Positions 47,573 to 57,263 of a stretch of DNA of 64,000 nt are shown here, piece after piece. Where the stretch lies: positions 2,138,369-2,202,368 of the forward strand of contig OZ242022.1 of assembly GCA_965204945.1 (NCBI GenBank), given 5' to 3'. A model generated the notes under the pieces. The model was not told the DNA's origin. It saw only the letters and a program-made list of their open reading frames with translations, and did no database searches. Within the stretch, counting starts at the first letter, position 1. Each line of letters starts with the position of its first letter. This DNA is from Limisphaerales bacterium. Its GTDB lineage: Bacteria; Verrucomicrobiota; Verrucomicrobiia; Limisphaerales; AAA164-E04. Position numbers and translations under genes: made by a program.

Positions 47573-48751
47573 CTAAACCGTCGTCCACTGTTTTGTGTTT
47601 GCCGATTGTTCCACCGCTTCTAAAACTCGCTGATTCTTCAGGCCGTCTTCAAAAGTGGGTTGAACGGATTGGCCGGCGAGGACCGCGTTGACAAAGTCCG
47701 CCAAAGTGTGGACGAAGGTATGTTCGTAGCCCAAGATATGCCCCGGCGGCCACCACTGGCCGACGTAGGGATGCGTTCCTCCGGGCTGTGTGACGAGAAT
47801 GTCGCTGAATCCTTGGCGGTCTTCCGGCTGGCGGTTGTCAAAGAATTGGAGACGGTTCATGTCTTCAAAGTCGAAGAAAAGGGAGCCTTGGCTGCCGTTG
47901 ATCTCGATGGCGATGTTGTTTTTGCGGCCGAGCGCAAATCGCGTGGCCTCCAGATTCGCAAGGGCGCCGTTTGCAAACCGCCCGATGAACATAGCGGCGT
48001 CATCCACGGTCACTTCGCCCATTTTTGCCGCGCCCGCAGTGCCTCCCAGTCCGTCTCTTTTTTCTGCGGCGTCTTCAAGGGGCCTCTGTTTGATGAAAGT
48101 GTTCATCAAGCCGCAGACTTCGGCAAATTCGCCCACAAGGTATCGTCCCAAGTCGATAATGTGAGCGTTGATGTCTCCGTGCGCGCCGCTTCCGCTTACG
48201 CCTTTTTGAAGACGCCAAACGAGAGGAAAGTTTGGATCGACAATCCAATCTTGGGCGTAGCGGGCGCGGTAGTGGAAGAGTTTGCCTAAGGCGCCTTCTT
48301 CAATCATTTTCTTTGCGTGAGCGATGGCCGGGATGCGCCGATAGTTGTGGCAGACCATGTGAACGACGCCGTTCTCTTCGGCCGCGTCGAGCATTTCCCG
48401 GCATTGGCAGACGGTGAGCGCCAGCGGTTTCTCGCACAGCACGTGCTTGCCGGCGTTGGCGGCGGCAATGGCGATCTCGGCGTGCGAATCATTCGGCGTG
48501 TTGATGTCGATGATGTCGATTTCCGGATTCTCGATCACCTCTTTCCAATCTGTGGAAGCGTTTTTCCAGCCCAGTTCCCGGGATGCGGCCGCAACCCCTT
48601 CAGGATTGCGCCCGCAGATAGTGTGCATTTCGAGATCGGCCTCCAAAGGAAAGAAGCGCGGGGCTTGCCGCCAACCGTTGGAGTGGGCCTTCCCCATAAA
48701 CCGGTATCCGATCATCCCTACGCGAAGAGTTTTTTTCGTCATCGTCGTCAA
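47573..48751 (-). CDS. Gfo/Idh/MocA-family oxidoreductase
   Basis: N-terminal Rossmann LRVGMIGYRFMGKAHS and EKPLA. Confidence 0.85.
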   Translation of the reverse strand: MTTMTKKTLRVGMIGYRFMGKAHSNGWRQAPRFFPLEADLEMHTICGRNPEGVAAASRELGWKNASTDWKEVIENPEIDIIDINTPNDSHAEIAIAAANAGKHVLCEKPLALTVCQCREMLDAAEENGVVHMVCHNYRRIPAIAHAKKMIEEGALGKLFHYRARYAQDWIVDPNFPLVWRLQKGVSGSGAHGDINAHIIDLGRYLVGEFAEVCGLMNTFIKQRPLEDAAEKRDGLGGTAGAAKMGEVTVDDAAMFIGRFANGALANLEATRFALGRKNNIAIEINGSQGSLFFDFEDMNRLQFFDNRQPEDRQGFSDILVTQPGGTHPYVGQWWPPGHILGYEHTFVHTLADFVNAVLAGQSVQPTFEDGLKNQRVLEAVEQSANTKQWTTV

Positions 48752-48879
48752 AAAAATGTAAAAGTGTTGATTTGCTAGACCGCTCTCTTATAGTGGATTC
48801 GCCGGGGCAAGTCAACGACGTCTCGTCCCGCCCCAAGTGGCAAATCGCTTGGAAAGGCAACCAAAAGTATTGTCGAGTT

Positions 48880-49332
48880 ATGGCCGGTAATTATTTTGTG
48901 GAAGTGCTGAAGTCAAAACTGCATCGAGCGCGAGTGACCGAAGCGAACTTGAACTACGAAGGCAGCTTGTCGATTTCCGAAGACTTGATGCGAGCCGTCG
49001 GCATTGTGCCGTTTGAGAAAGTCTTATGCGGCAACCAAACCAACGGCGCCCGATTCGAAACCTACGCCATCCCCGCTCCCGCCGGCGCCGGGCAAATTGT
49101 CTTGAACGGCGCCGCCGCTAGATTGGGCGCGGTAGGCGACCGGCTCACCATTTTAGCCTTTGCCCGAATCGCTTTAGAAGACGCCGCTTCTTGGAAACCT
49201 TCCATCGCCACCCTGTCGGAAACCAACCAAATCGCCACGCTACGGCATCCAAAAAACACTGCCGAAACCGCCGCGGAGGCAAAGTCCGATCCGACGCCCT
49301 CGCCGAGCTGGAAATCCGTCGTTGTTGATTGA
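48880..49332 (+). CDS. panD: aspartate 1-decarboxylase
   Basis: LKSKLHRARVTEANLNYEGSLSI (self-cleavage G-S) ... NGAAAR. Carries a C-terminal extension. Confidence 0.9.
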   Translation: MAGNYFVEVLKSKLHRARVTEANLNYEGSLSISEDLMRAVGIVPFEKVLCGNQTNGARFETYAIPAPAGAGQIVLNGAAARLGAVGDRLTILAFARIALEDAASWKPSIATLSETNQIATLRHPKNTAETAAEAKSDPTPSPSWKSVVVD

Positions 49333-49344
49333 CGAAGCCTTTCC

Positions 49345-50361
49345 ATGCAACTGACGACCGGCGACATTGCCTCCCGCCTCCAAGGCACCTTGCGGGGCGA
49401 TCCCAAAGTGCCGATTGTCGGCGTCGCCTCGGCCAAAGAAGCCATGCCGGGACAAATCGCCTTTGCCGAAGACCGTCGGCTTTTTCAGGACGCTTTGGAA
49501 GGCGGCGCTTCAGCCGTCGTCGTTGCGGAATTTTACAAAACCGCGAACAAAACGCTAATTCAAGTCGCCAACGTCCGCGTCGGCCTTGCGCAACTTCTGG
49601 AATTGTTTCATCCTGAGGAAACCTTTCCCGCCGGAATGCACGCTTCCGCCACCGCTTCCCAAAGCGCCCAAATCGATCCCAGCGCTTCCATTGGCCCCGG
49701 TTGCTCCATCGGACCCGGTTGCTCCATCGGACCCAAAGCCGTGCTTTACGGAGGCAATCATCTTGGCGCTAACTGCCGAGTCGGCGCCGAAAGCCGGCTG
49801 TTTCCCAACGTCGTTCTTTACGCTGACACCGTGCTGGGAGAACGCGTCCGCATCCAAGCCGGCTCGGTCATCGGCTCGGATGGCTACGGCTATGTCTTTG
49901 ATGGAGAAAAACACCGAAAAATCCCGCAGATCGGCGGCGTTCTCATCGAAGACGACGTCGAACTGGGCGCCAACGTGACCGTAGATCGCGGCGCCTTCGG
50001 CAAAACCATCATCAGAAAGGGCGCCAAAATTGACAACCTCGTGCAAATCGCCCACAATGTAATAATTGGAAAACACTGCGTCATCGTCGCTCAAACCGGC
50101 ATTGCCGGCAGCGTCACTATTGGAGACCACGCCGTCATTGCCGGACAAGTCGGCATCGCCGGCCACCTCAAAATCGGCAACAACGCCATTATCGCCGCCC
50201 AATCCGGCGTCATGCGCGACGTCCCAGACGGCCAAAAAGTCTTCGGCTCACCCGCCCAAGGCGACCGCGAAGTCAAACGGCAACTGCTTGCCCTCCGCCA
50301 ACTGCCCGACTTGCTCAAACGATTCCATCAACTCGAAAAACAGCTCGGCAACCAAAAATAG
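49345..50361 (+). CDS. lpxD: UDP-3-O-acylglucosamine N-acyltransferase
   Basis: LpxD-type N-terminus followed by long hexapeptide repeats. Confidence 0.9.
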   Translation: MQLTTGDIASRLQGTLRGDPKVPIVGVASAKEAMPGQIAFAEDRRLFQDALEGGASAVVVAEFYKTANKTLIQVANVRVGLAQLLELFHPEETFPAGMHASATASQSAQIDPSASIGPGCSIGPGCSIGPKAVLYGGNHLGANCRVGAESRLFPNVVLYADTVLGERVRIQAGSVIGSDGYGYVFDGEKHRKIPQIGGVLIEDDVELGANVTVDRGAFGKTIIRKGAKIDNLVQIAHNVIIGKHCVIVAQTGIAGSVTIGDHAVIAGQVGIAGHLKIGNNAIIAAQSGVMRDVPDGQKVFGSPAQGDREVKRQLLALRQLPDLLKRFHQLEKQLGNQK

Positions 50362-50436
50362 CCCCAAAATCTCCCGGCCGTTTCCGTCTTGCTTTTCAAA
50401 ATTGCTTCGCTTATAATTCTTTTTTTCAACTTATTT

Positions 50437-50928
50437 ATGAATAATCCAATCAATCCCATCCCTGAGGAATACGGAACCATCACTCCGTACTTGATCGTCG
50501 ACGGCGCCAACGACGCCATCGCCTTCTACCAAAAAGTGTTCGGCGCAATCGAACAAATGCGACTCTCCGGCCCCGAAGGCTCCGTCGGCCACGCCGAACT
50601 CAAAATCGGCAACTCTGTCATCATGCTGGCCGATCCGTGTCCGGCGATGGAATTCGAAAGCCCGAAAAAATACGGCGGCACGCCGGTTTCCTCCTGCATC
50701 TACGTCGAAAAATCGGACGAAGTCTTTGCCAAAGCCATCGAAGCCGGCGCCACGGAAATCAAGCCCGTCTCAGATCAATTCTACGGCGACCGCTCCGGCA
50801 CCATCCGCGATCCATTCGGCCACGTTTGGACCATCAGCTCCCGCATCGAAAAACTAACGCCCGAAGAAGTTCAAAAACGAGCCGCCGACTTTATGGCCAA
50901 AATGGCCGCCGAAGGAGGCCACTGCTAA
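50437..50928 (+). CDS. VOC/glyoxalase-family (PhnB-like) protein
   Basis: ITPYLIV..A..AI.FY...FGA ... HAEL.IG.S.IML.D ... FYGDRSG.IRDPFGH.W. Confidence 0.8.
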   Translation: MNNPINPIPEEYGTITPYLIVDGANDAIAFYQKVFGAIEQMRLSGPEGSVGHAELKIGNSVIMLADPCPAMEFESPKKYGGTPVSSCIYVEKSDEVFAKAIEAGATEIKPVSDQFYGDRSGTIRDPFGHVWTISSRIEKLTPEEVQKRAADFMAKMAAEGGHC

Positions 50929-51122
50929 AGCGACGACTAAATCACGCTGACAATCCACGTGGAAAGACAAAGCGAAACATTGCCGAATCTTCCCGCGTCG
51001 CAGGCGAAGTCTTACAGAGAAACCGCCCGCAGAACGCCCCGAAAAAGCGTTCGTCGAATTGTTGTGTTGTATAATCTCCAAGCACTCGGCCAAAAATCAG
51101 AAAAAACGAAAGACGAAACTTT

Positions 51123-52001
51123 ATGACGAAACTCATGCCAATAATTGCCGCCGGAGTGGTTGCCCTTTCCGCTGCATTCAATTGGGAAAGGATTCCCTTT
51201 GTCTGGATGGTCGGCTTTATTGTCTACGGACTCCTTCTCTATTTTCCCAAGAAACAAACGGAAACCGATGCCGAAAGACTGAATCAACTGGCCGAGCATT
51301 ATTATTTTGTCGGCTACATCGCCACCATCACCGGATTAGGCGGCGTTCTTTACAAGTTGGGCATGCGCGTCCAATCCAACCAAAATTTAGAAGAATTATT
51401 GACCCCAGATTTACTCAAACTAGGCGGTACCAGCGTTGGTTGCACTATCATCGGCTTGATCGGAATGAACGTTTTCCGCGCCAAAGCATTCAAACAAGAA
51501 CAAGAAGCCCGAAAACTCGACGCCGAACTCGACGAGATACGAACCCAAAACGTCGTTCACCAAATCGCCAAAAATTTTGAAAATTTTGAAAACCGAATGA
51601 AAGAACTCGAAAGCACCCGCATGGAAGAGTTTTCCCGCCTGATGGATGCTTCGGAACTTTCCAAAGTGCTGACCCAACTGGTCGGCGAAATTCAGGGCGG
51701 CGCCAAAGGTTTGGAAGACCTGCGCAAAGTTTCCAAATCAGCCTTCGGCGCAATCAGCCATTTAGAGAAAAAGTTGACCGGGATGGACGGCGCATTGCAA
51801 GGCATCGCCGAAGACTCTGACAAAGTGCAACAAAACTTCGCAACCATCGCCGATCAATCCGACCGCATAGAAACACTGGCAAGCCATTTAGAATCCGCCT
51901 CCAACTCGCTAAAAACACTGGGCGAAGACGGCAAATCCAGCGTCCAAGAACTGCGCGATCAATTCGATCTTCTCAGCGAAAATCATCAAACAAACAAATG
52001 A
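51123..52001 (+). CDS. 4-TM membrane protein with a ~170-aa coiled-coil tail
   Basis: Four hydrophobic segments (IIAAGVVALSAAF, VWMVGFIVYGLLLYF, FVGYIATITGLGGVLY, VGCTIIGLIGMNVF) followed by a heptad-rich tail. Confidence 0.6.
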   Translation: MTKLMPIIAAGVVALSAAFNWERIPFVWMVGFIVYGLLLYFPKKQTETDAERLNQLAEHYYFVGYIATITGLGGVLYKLGMRVQSNQNLEELLTPDLLKLGGTSVGCTIIGLIGMNVFRAKAFKQEQEARKLDAELDEIRTQNVVHQIAKNFENFENRMKELESTRMEEFSRLMDASELSKVLTQLVGEIQGGAKGLEDLRKVSKSAFGAISHLEKKLTGMDGALQGIAEDSDKVQQNFATIADQSDRIETLASHLESASNSLKTLGEDGKSSVQELRDQFDLLSENHQTNK

Positions 52002-52047
52002 GGAAACCCAAGGTTGGAAAGACAAAACCAACGCCGCCCACAAACGA

Positions 52048-52803
52048 ATGGACGACTTTATCGAAAATTTCAGCAACTTGTGCCACAAACTAAAAACATC
52101 CGCAAACAAAGAAATCGGCGACTTCTGCGCCGCCTTTGAAACCGCCTGCCACAAACTGAACAATTCCCTGCAAACCGCTGAAAACTTCGTTCAAAAACTA
52201 AGCGACGGCACCAACAAAACCGCCAACTTTTCCCAATCTTTGGAAAGTCTCACCGCCCAAACCGCCGAACACAACAAAGCCTTTGAATCCTTCAAAACCG
52301 ACCTGCAACAAACCGCAACCGCCTTGACCCAAAACATTCAAGAACTGCTCGCCCAATTCAAAACCCTCGGCGAACAAATCACCGACGCCTCCCAAAAAAC
52401 GCAGATTTGGAAAAACCAAACCAACGAAACCAGCCAAGAAATCCAGCACTTCGGCGAAAGCTTCCAAACCGCCTGCCAACAATTACAAGCATCTTCAGAG
52501 ACGGTAATTCGCTATGCGGACAGCCTGCAACAACATTTGAACGATCCAAACTGGAATTCGAAAATGGCCGGAAACTTTGTTGATGATCTTGCCCGGAGGA
52601 TAAATGACTTTGCCAAAAGAATAAGCGAAAGTTTGTCACCAATGTCCAACCTTTCCCAATCCTTGAAAGAAATGCGCGAAGGAACTGCTCGCATCAACGC
52701 AGAGTTGGAAAAACTGCGAAAAATGATCGAAGAAATCCCAGAACAAATTAAAGAACAAAAGGGCTTCTGGCAGGGATTGCGTCAAATGTTTAGCAGGAAA
52801 TGA
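52048..52803 (+). CDS. soluble all-helical coiled-coil protein
   Basis: Q/E/K/T-rich helical repeats and no TM segment. Lies 46 nt after the previous gene. Confidence 0.55.
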   Translation: MDDFIENFSNLCHKLKTSANKEIGDFCAAFETACHKLNNSLQTAENFVQKLSDGTNKTANFSQSLESLTAQTAEHNKAFESFKTDLQQTATALTQNIQELLAQFKTLGEQITDASQKTQIWKNQTNETSQEIQHFGESFQTACQQLQASSETVIRYADSLQQHLNDPNWNSKMAGNFVDDLARRINDFAKRISESLSPMSNLSQSLKEMREGTARINAELEKLRKMIEEIPEQIKEQKGFWQGLRQMFSRK

Positions 52804-52921
52804 TATTCCTCCTCATCAAATTAAAAAAGCTGAAGATGGAAGAGCGACCCATCATCCAAAAACGAAAAACACAATTGACTCAAAATCTATTAACCGTTAA
52901 CAATAACTTCTTTCCTTTCCG

Positions 52922-54106
52922 ATGAAACACAACCGCAACTCTCATAGCGGCTTTGGTCTGCCTCTTTTCATCTCATTCAACGAACTGGCTTGGTTGGCCG
53001 TCGTCGGCGTTGTCCTCATCGCCGCGCCGCAACTAGTCAAAGGGAAACAACAAAGCTCGAACTCGCAAGAAGAGAAGAAAGAACAACTACAACACCAAAA
53101 ACAAGAACCAGAACCCACTTTGACAGAGGAAGATAAGTTGCGCCGCCAACTCAAAGAAGCAGAGCAAGAATTAGCCGAAGCGGAAAATCAACATTCCAAA
53201 GCGGAGCAAAAGTTAGAAAGTAAAAATACCGAGTTGCTTAGAAAAATTGATACGCTCGAAAAGCGACTCAAAGAAACGAAGCAAGAATTGGCCAAAACAC
53301 AAGATCGACTCGAAGAGGCAGAGCAAAAGTTAGAAGTTGCGGAAAGCAAAAATGCCGAGCTGCTGGAAAAAATCAATACGCTTGAAGAGCAGTTGAAAAA
53401 CCGGGAACAGGAACTGAAATTGGCTTTGGCAGAGAAACACAAGTTGCACGACCAACTGAAAGAAATGGCGCCAAATCAGCCTGAAAGAATGGAGCAAGTA
53501 GTGCGCAAGGAACTATTAGGCTTGGAAGGAGAATTAGAATACGTCGGACTTTTGCTAGACCGCTCCTCCAGCATGAAAAACGACAACCGATGGGAAAAAT
53601 CCATTAAGGTTGTGGAAACATGGCTTCAGCACTTGCCCATAGAAAACTGCTTCCTGATCCACTATAATCACGAATTCAATACCTTTCCCGCCAATCGATA
53701 CCTTCCTGTTTCCGGCCCGAATGGGATAAGAAATCGAAAATGGCTAATTCAACACATTCAAGACGTCCAACCGGCCGGAGGCACTCATACTATTGAGGCG
53801 CTGGCAAAAGCCTATAAGGATCCGAATCTGCAAACCATCATTCTCTTCACTGATGGTGAACCAAGACTTTGGGACGAAAATTCACAAGGCCGACTCTCGC
53901 AAAACAAAACCGATGAAGGCAATTATCAAACGGGAAGAAGTGTCAGTAGAAACATGAAAGAAATTCTCCAGTTATGCCGCAATGAGAAACAAAGACAGGG
54001 AGTGACAGTGAACGTAGTTGCCATTGGAGATTATTTTGACGAAGAGTTTGGCGAGTTCCTCAGAAATGTGGCGAAGGAAACGGACGGCGCCTTCATCGGC
54101 CGCTAA
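52922..54106 (+). CDS. TM-anchored coiled-coil protein with a C-terminal vWA (MIDAS) domain
   Basis: TM segment LAWLAVVGVVLIAA; duplicated AEQKLE..ELL.KI.TLE..LK coiled coil. MIDAS residues DRSSSM, GGTHT and FTDGEP. Confidence 0.75.
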   Translation: MKHNRNSHSGFGLPLFISFNELAWLAVVGVVLIAAPQLVKGKQQSSNSQEEKKEQLQHQKQEPEPTLTEEDKLRRQLKEAEQELAEAENQHSKAEQKLESKNTELLRKIDTLEKRLKETKQELAKTQDRLEEAEQKLEVAESKNAELLEKINTLEEQLKNREQELKLALAEKHKLHDQLKEMAPNQPERMEQVVRKELLGLEGELEYVGLLLDRSSSMKNDNRWEKSIKVVETWLQHLPIENCFLIHYNHEFNTFPANRYLPVSGPNGIRNRKWLIQHIQDVQPAGGTHTIEALAKAYKDPNLQTIILFTDGEPRLWDENSQGRLSQNKTDEGNYQTGRSVSRNMKEILQLCRNEKQRQGVTVNVVAIGDYFDEEFGEFLRNVAKETDGAFIGR

Positions 54107-54231
54107 TTTTCTCTAATCCCACAATGGAAAAAAGACTGGAAAAGAAACCTCCTTCAATTCACAAACAACAACCGAAAAGAAAACCAAGAAACAAAAACCT
54201 TCTTCGCTTTGGTGGTGCCAAGCCTTCCCTT

Positions 54232-57225
54232 TTATTCCCTCTCCTTATCCGGCGAATCCTCCTTGCTTTCTTCATCCTTCTTAAAAGTTTCGTTGAGGAT
54301 TTGGTCGTGACTTTTCTCCATCTTTTTTTGTTTGTCGATGTCAGAAAGTTTGTCCACTCTTTCATTCATGCGCTGTTTTACTTCTGCTTCACCAAGGGCG
54401 CGGAGTTTCTCTTGAAACTGCTTAATCAAAGTCTGCTCGTCGTTTTGTTCAAGGTATTCGCGCAATTCCTTTTCGTCTAACGATCCCTTGCGCTTAATCA
54501 AGAGATGCTTATTCAGACCGTCGATAACCTGAACGAATACAATGTCTTCGTTTCTTTTCTCAAACGACTCAGGCGAAAGATCTAGTAAAGATTCTATCCA
54601 CTGGTGAAGATTCTCTAAAGATTCCTTACGTTGAAGGTTGAAGTAGTTTTCCCCGTGTTTATGGGTAAAATTAGTGCAGACCGGGGGATTTTCTTCGGAT
54701 TTTTCCAATTGTTCGCTTGCGTATTTACAAATGACGAAGTCGGAGATGGCCAGCCCTATCTCTTCCCGATAGATAAAAATGAAGTGATCTAATGGAGAGA
54801 ACTCTGATGTGAACTCTCTTCCTCCCGGCGCCTCTTTATTGGCAAGTAGGGACAATTCTTTGCCAGCCTGGGAATCTTTGCAGAAAATGAAGTTTGGCGA
54901 CTGCGTGGCCGCCAAACTCAGAAGATCACACCCGTTAATGATTTCTACGTGGGGAAAAGAGCTGCGGACAAGCAATGCAATATTAAGTTGTTTGAGGTCG
55001 GAGATGGCTTTTTTGCCGACTTGAAATTTGTCAGTCACCCCTTGGCTGATCTGGTCAAAGGTTTTGTCCACGCGGAAAACGAGGCGATCCGTATTTTGGT
55101 TTTTAAGAATCGACATCAGGGGCTCTCCTTTCAGAAACTCATCGCGCAATGACTTGATGTCGTAGGTCTTTATAATTTCAGCGACACCAAGTTCCACGTC
55201 ATCAACAATACTGGATGGTTCTCCCCGCGTAATAATCGACAAGTTGTTGGCGCTTGGAAGTTCTAACAGCTTTTCTTTTTGCATTTTGCAAGTGGTCCGG
55301 AAAAGTGGCAACCTACCACTTTGGGAGGCGATGTCTCTGGACAGTTTTTCCAAAAACAATTGGCAATCGGCAAGAATGCCGTGGAGATAGTGATCTCGAA
55401 TTTCGTTCAGCCGATCATTCGCCTCCCGTTGCCATTGATTCCAGACGACATTGCGAACGGTTTGCTGATATTCGCTCTCCACTTTGGTCCTTTTCTCTTT
55501 GGAAAAGATTCGTAGGAAAAGATCCCAATTTCGTTGTTTCCGGCGAATCCATCGTTTCCGGAAATCACCGGAGCCGTATTTGTTTAGCACCAAGTCTGAA
55601 GAAAAGGAAAATGGAGGAAGGTTTGCCGGAAGTTGCGCAATCGCAGTCTTTATTTTTTGAAGAATTCCCTGGATGTAGGTTTTCGTCTCCGCATTAGTGT
55701 GATCGTTCATGTAGCGGATCACGATTTTTCGGATGTCTTCTTTCAAGTCTTTGGCTACCAAAATCTTGGCATTGTCAATCCTGCGGTAATAATCTCCATT
55801 GGGGTTTAGACGGTCTCCCAGTGTATTGCTTCGGACTGGAAATCCTGCCATGAAGTTGTCGATCATTTCCCATCCAATAAGGCTGAATTCGGCAAATTTA
55901 CTTCCAAAAAGACCGTTGATTTCGGCCGGCAGATCAAGATTGACTTGGGCGTTTGCCACAGTGCCAATCAAGCTCCCTTGGGCTCGCTCGTAAGAAGCGC
56001 CCCAGTCATTCTGAACTCCGTCATCCGCTTTGTTGGGATCAATATCTGAATTATCAAGCAAACCATTAATCATGCGGATAGCAAGTTGCCGATTGATTGC
56101 CCGGGAGATGCGGTTTCGAGGATACCAGATAGCGGAAAGCCCGAAGGAACTGAAAGCGCGCATGTGGCCTTTATTATTGGGTTGGAGATAGCCTTCAACT
56201 TGTTTAAGGTTTACGCGGATCGCAGCTTTTTTATCGGCAAGCCCAGCTACAACTTCGGTAAAGAGGTTCATAGCGCACATTCGTCTGAGATCCTTTGGAT
56301 TATCCCCCTTAAATCCGCCATTTTCTTGGTTTTTCATAGATTGCAAATAGACCGTGTCAAACGGGGCGTCCAAAGTGTCAATTTCCTGACCGTCGGGGAA
56401 TTTTACATAATAGCGGCTTTTTTCTAGGTAATAAAAGTCGAGTTCACGTAGCGCCGTCCAGCAGTTAACGCTGGGGACTTTGTACTTTGGATCTTTGCTA
56501 TGAACATCGTCCATGACGGTGAAAAGACCGATGACTTCCGGACGACCTCCCTCCATCATAGCGCTCTCTCTTCGGATGCCGAGCAGTTCGCTGACGAAGT
56601 AGGCCACGTCGATAAAGGCGCCGCTGCAAGTGCCGCCGCAAAGGGTGCCGCAGATGTAGACCTTCGGTTGGATTTTAACGAGAGATTTCGCGGGAAGGTC
56701 AGTGCCGGGGTGCTTGTCTGGAAAATATTCCTCGCGCAAGAATTTGTTTGCGGCAAGAATATTACCCGCATCGTGAATTGCCTCAATGGACTCGATTAAT
56801 TCACGGCGAACCTTATTTTTCCAGTTTTTCCAGAGGCAGAGACGGCCGGCTTGCCGAAGGTTTCCAGCGCCGGCCTCGTAGCTTTTCTGCCCCCGTTCAA
56901 TGAGTCGATTGTCCAGCCAATCTTTCAGGCTGGAGTCTTGTCCATCGCTTCCCTTCATCTGTTGTTGGACGTTGTCCACGTCGGCAACGGTGATATGAAG
57001 AGGCTTAATTTCCTCATAAGGTTCTGGATTGTGGGGAATAAATCCGTCATCGGGCTCTTTATTCTTGTCCGTTTCGATAGCCAGATAACGAAAACAGGGA
57101 AGTCCAGCTCGTCCAAATTCTTCGAGCACGAATTTTCTCAGGTCTTGAAGAATTTCCCAGCCATTAGTGCCAAGCCCGATAAACAAGCAAGGCCTGATAG
57201 TGAATTTGTCGTTGTCTTCTGCCAT
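54232..57225 (-). CDS. 997-aa tubulin/FtsZ-superfamily-like GTPase (Tubulin_2-type) with a long helical C-terminal region
   Basis: T1-like FIGLGTNGWEIL and T4-like ICGTLCGGTCSGAFIDVAYFV (compare GGGTGSG of tubulin and GGGTGTG of FtsZ). Confidence 0.65.
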   Translation of the reverse strand: MAEDNDKFTIRPCLFIGLGTNGWEILQDLRKFVLEEFGRAGLPCFRYLAIETDKNKEPDDGFIPHNPEPYEEIKPLHITVADVDNVQQQMKGSDGQDSSLKDWLDNRLIERGQKSYEAGAGNLRQAGRLCLWKNWKNKVRRELIESIEAIHDAGNILAANKFLREEYFPDKHPGTDLPAKSLVKIQPKVYICGTLCGGTCSGAFIDVAYFVSELLGIRRESAMMEGGRPEVIGLFTVMDDVHSKDPKYKVPSVNCWTALRELDFYYLEKSRYYVKFPDGQEIDTLDAPFDTVYLQSMKNQENGGFKGDNPKDLRRMCAMNLFTEVVAGLADKKAAIRVNLKQVEGYLQPNNKGHMRAFSSFGLSAIWYPRNRISRAINRQLAIRMINGLLDNSDIDPNKADDGVQNDWGASYERAQGSLIGTVANAQVNLDLPAEINGLFGSKFAEFSLIGWEMIDNFMAGFPVRSNTLGDRLNPNGDYYRRIDNAKILVAKDLKEDIRKIVIRYMNDHTNAETKTYIQGILQKIKTAIAQLPANLPPFSFSSDLVLNKYGSGDFRKRWIRRKQRNWDLFLRIFSKEKRTKVESEYQQTVRNVVWNQWQREANDRLNEIRDHYLHGILADCQLFLEKLSRDIASQSGRLPLFRTTCKMQKEKLLELPSANNLSIITRGEPSSIVDDVELGVAEIIKTYDIKSLRDEFLKGEPLMSILKNQNTDRLVFRVDKTFDQISQGVTDKFQVGKKAISDLKQLNIALLVRSSFPHVEIINGCDLLSLAATQSPNFIFCKDSQAGKELSLLANKEAPGGREFTSEFSPLDHFIFIYREEIGLAISDFVICKYASEQLEKSEENPPVCTNFTHKHGENYFNLQRKESLENLHQWIESLLDLSPESFEKRNEDIVFVQVIDGLNKHLLIKRKGSLDEKELREYLEQNDEQTLIKQFQEKLRALGEAEVKQRMNERVDKLSDIDKQKKMEKSHDQILNETFKKDEESKEDSPDKERE

Positions 57226-57263
57226 AATGCTTTAAATAAAATGAAAAAATTCGTCTGTTCGGC

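Noticed and set aside
54232-57225. The tubulin-like gene as BtubA/BtubB or a bona fide FtsZ.
   Set aside because: The size (997 aa), the Cys-substituted signature loop, the lack of a recognisable tubulin/FtsZ C-terminal domain and the absence of a paired btubB/bklc context do not fit.
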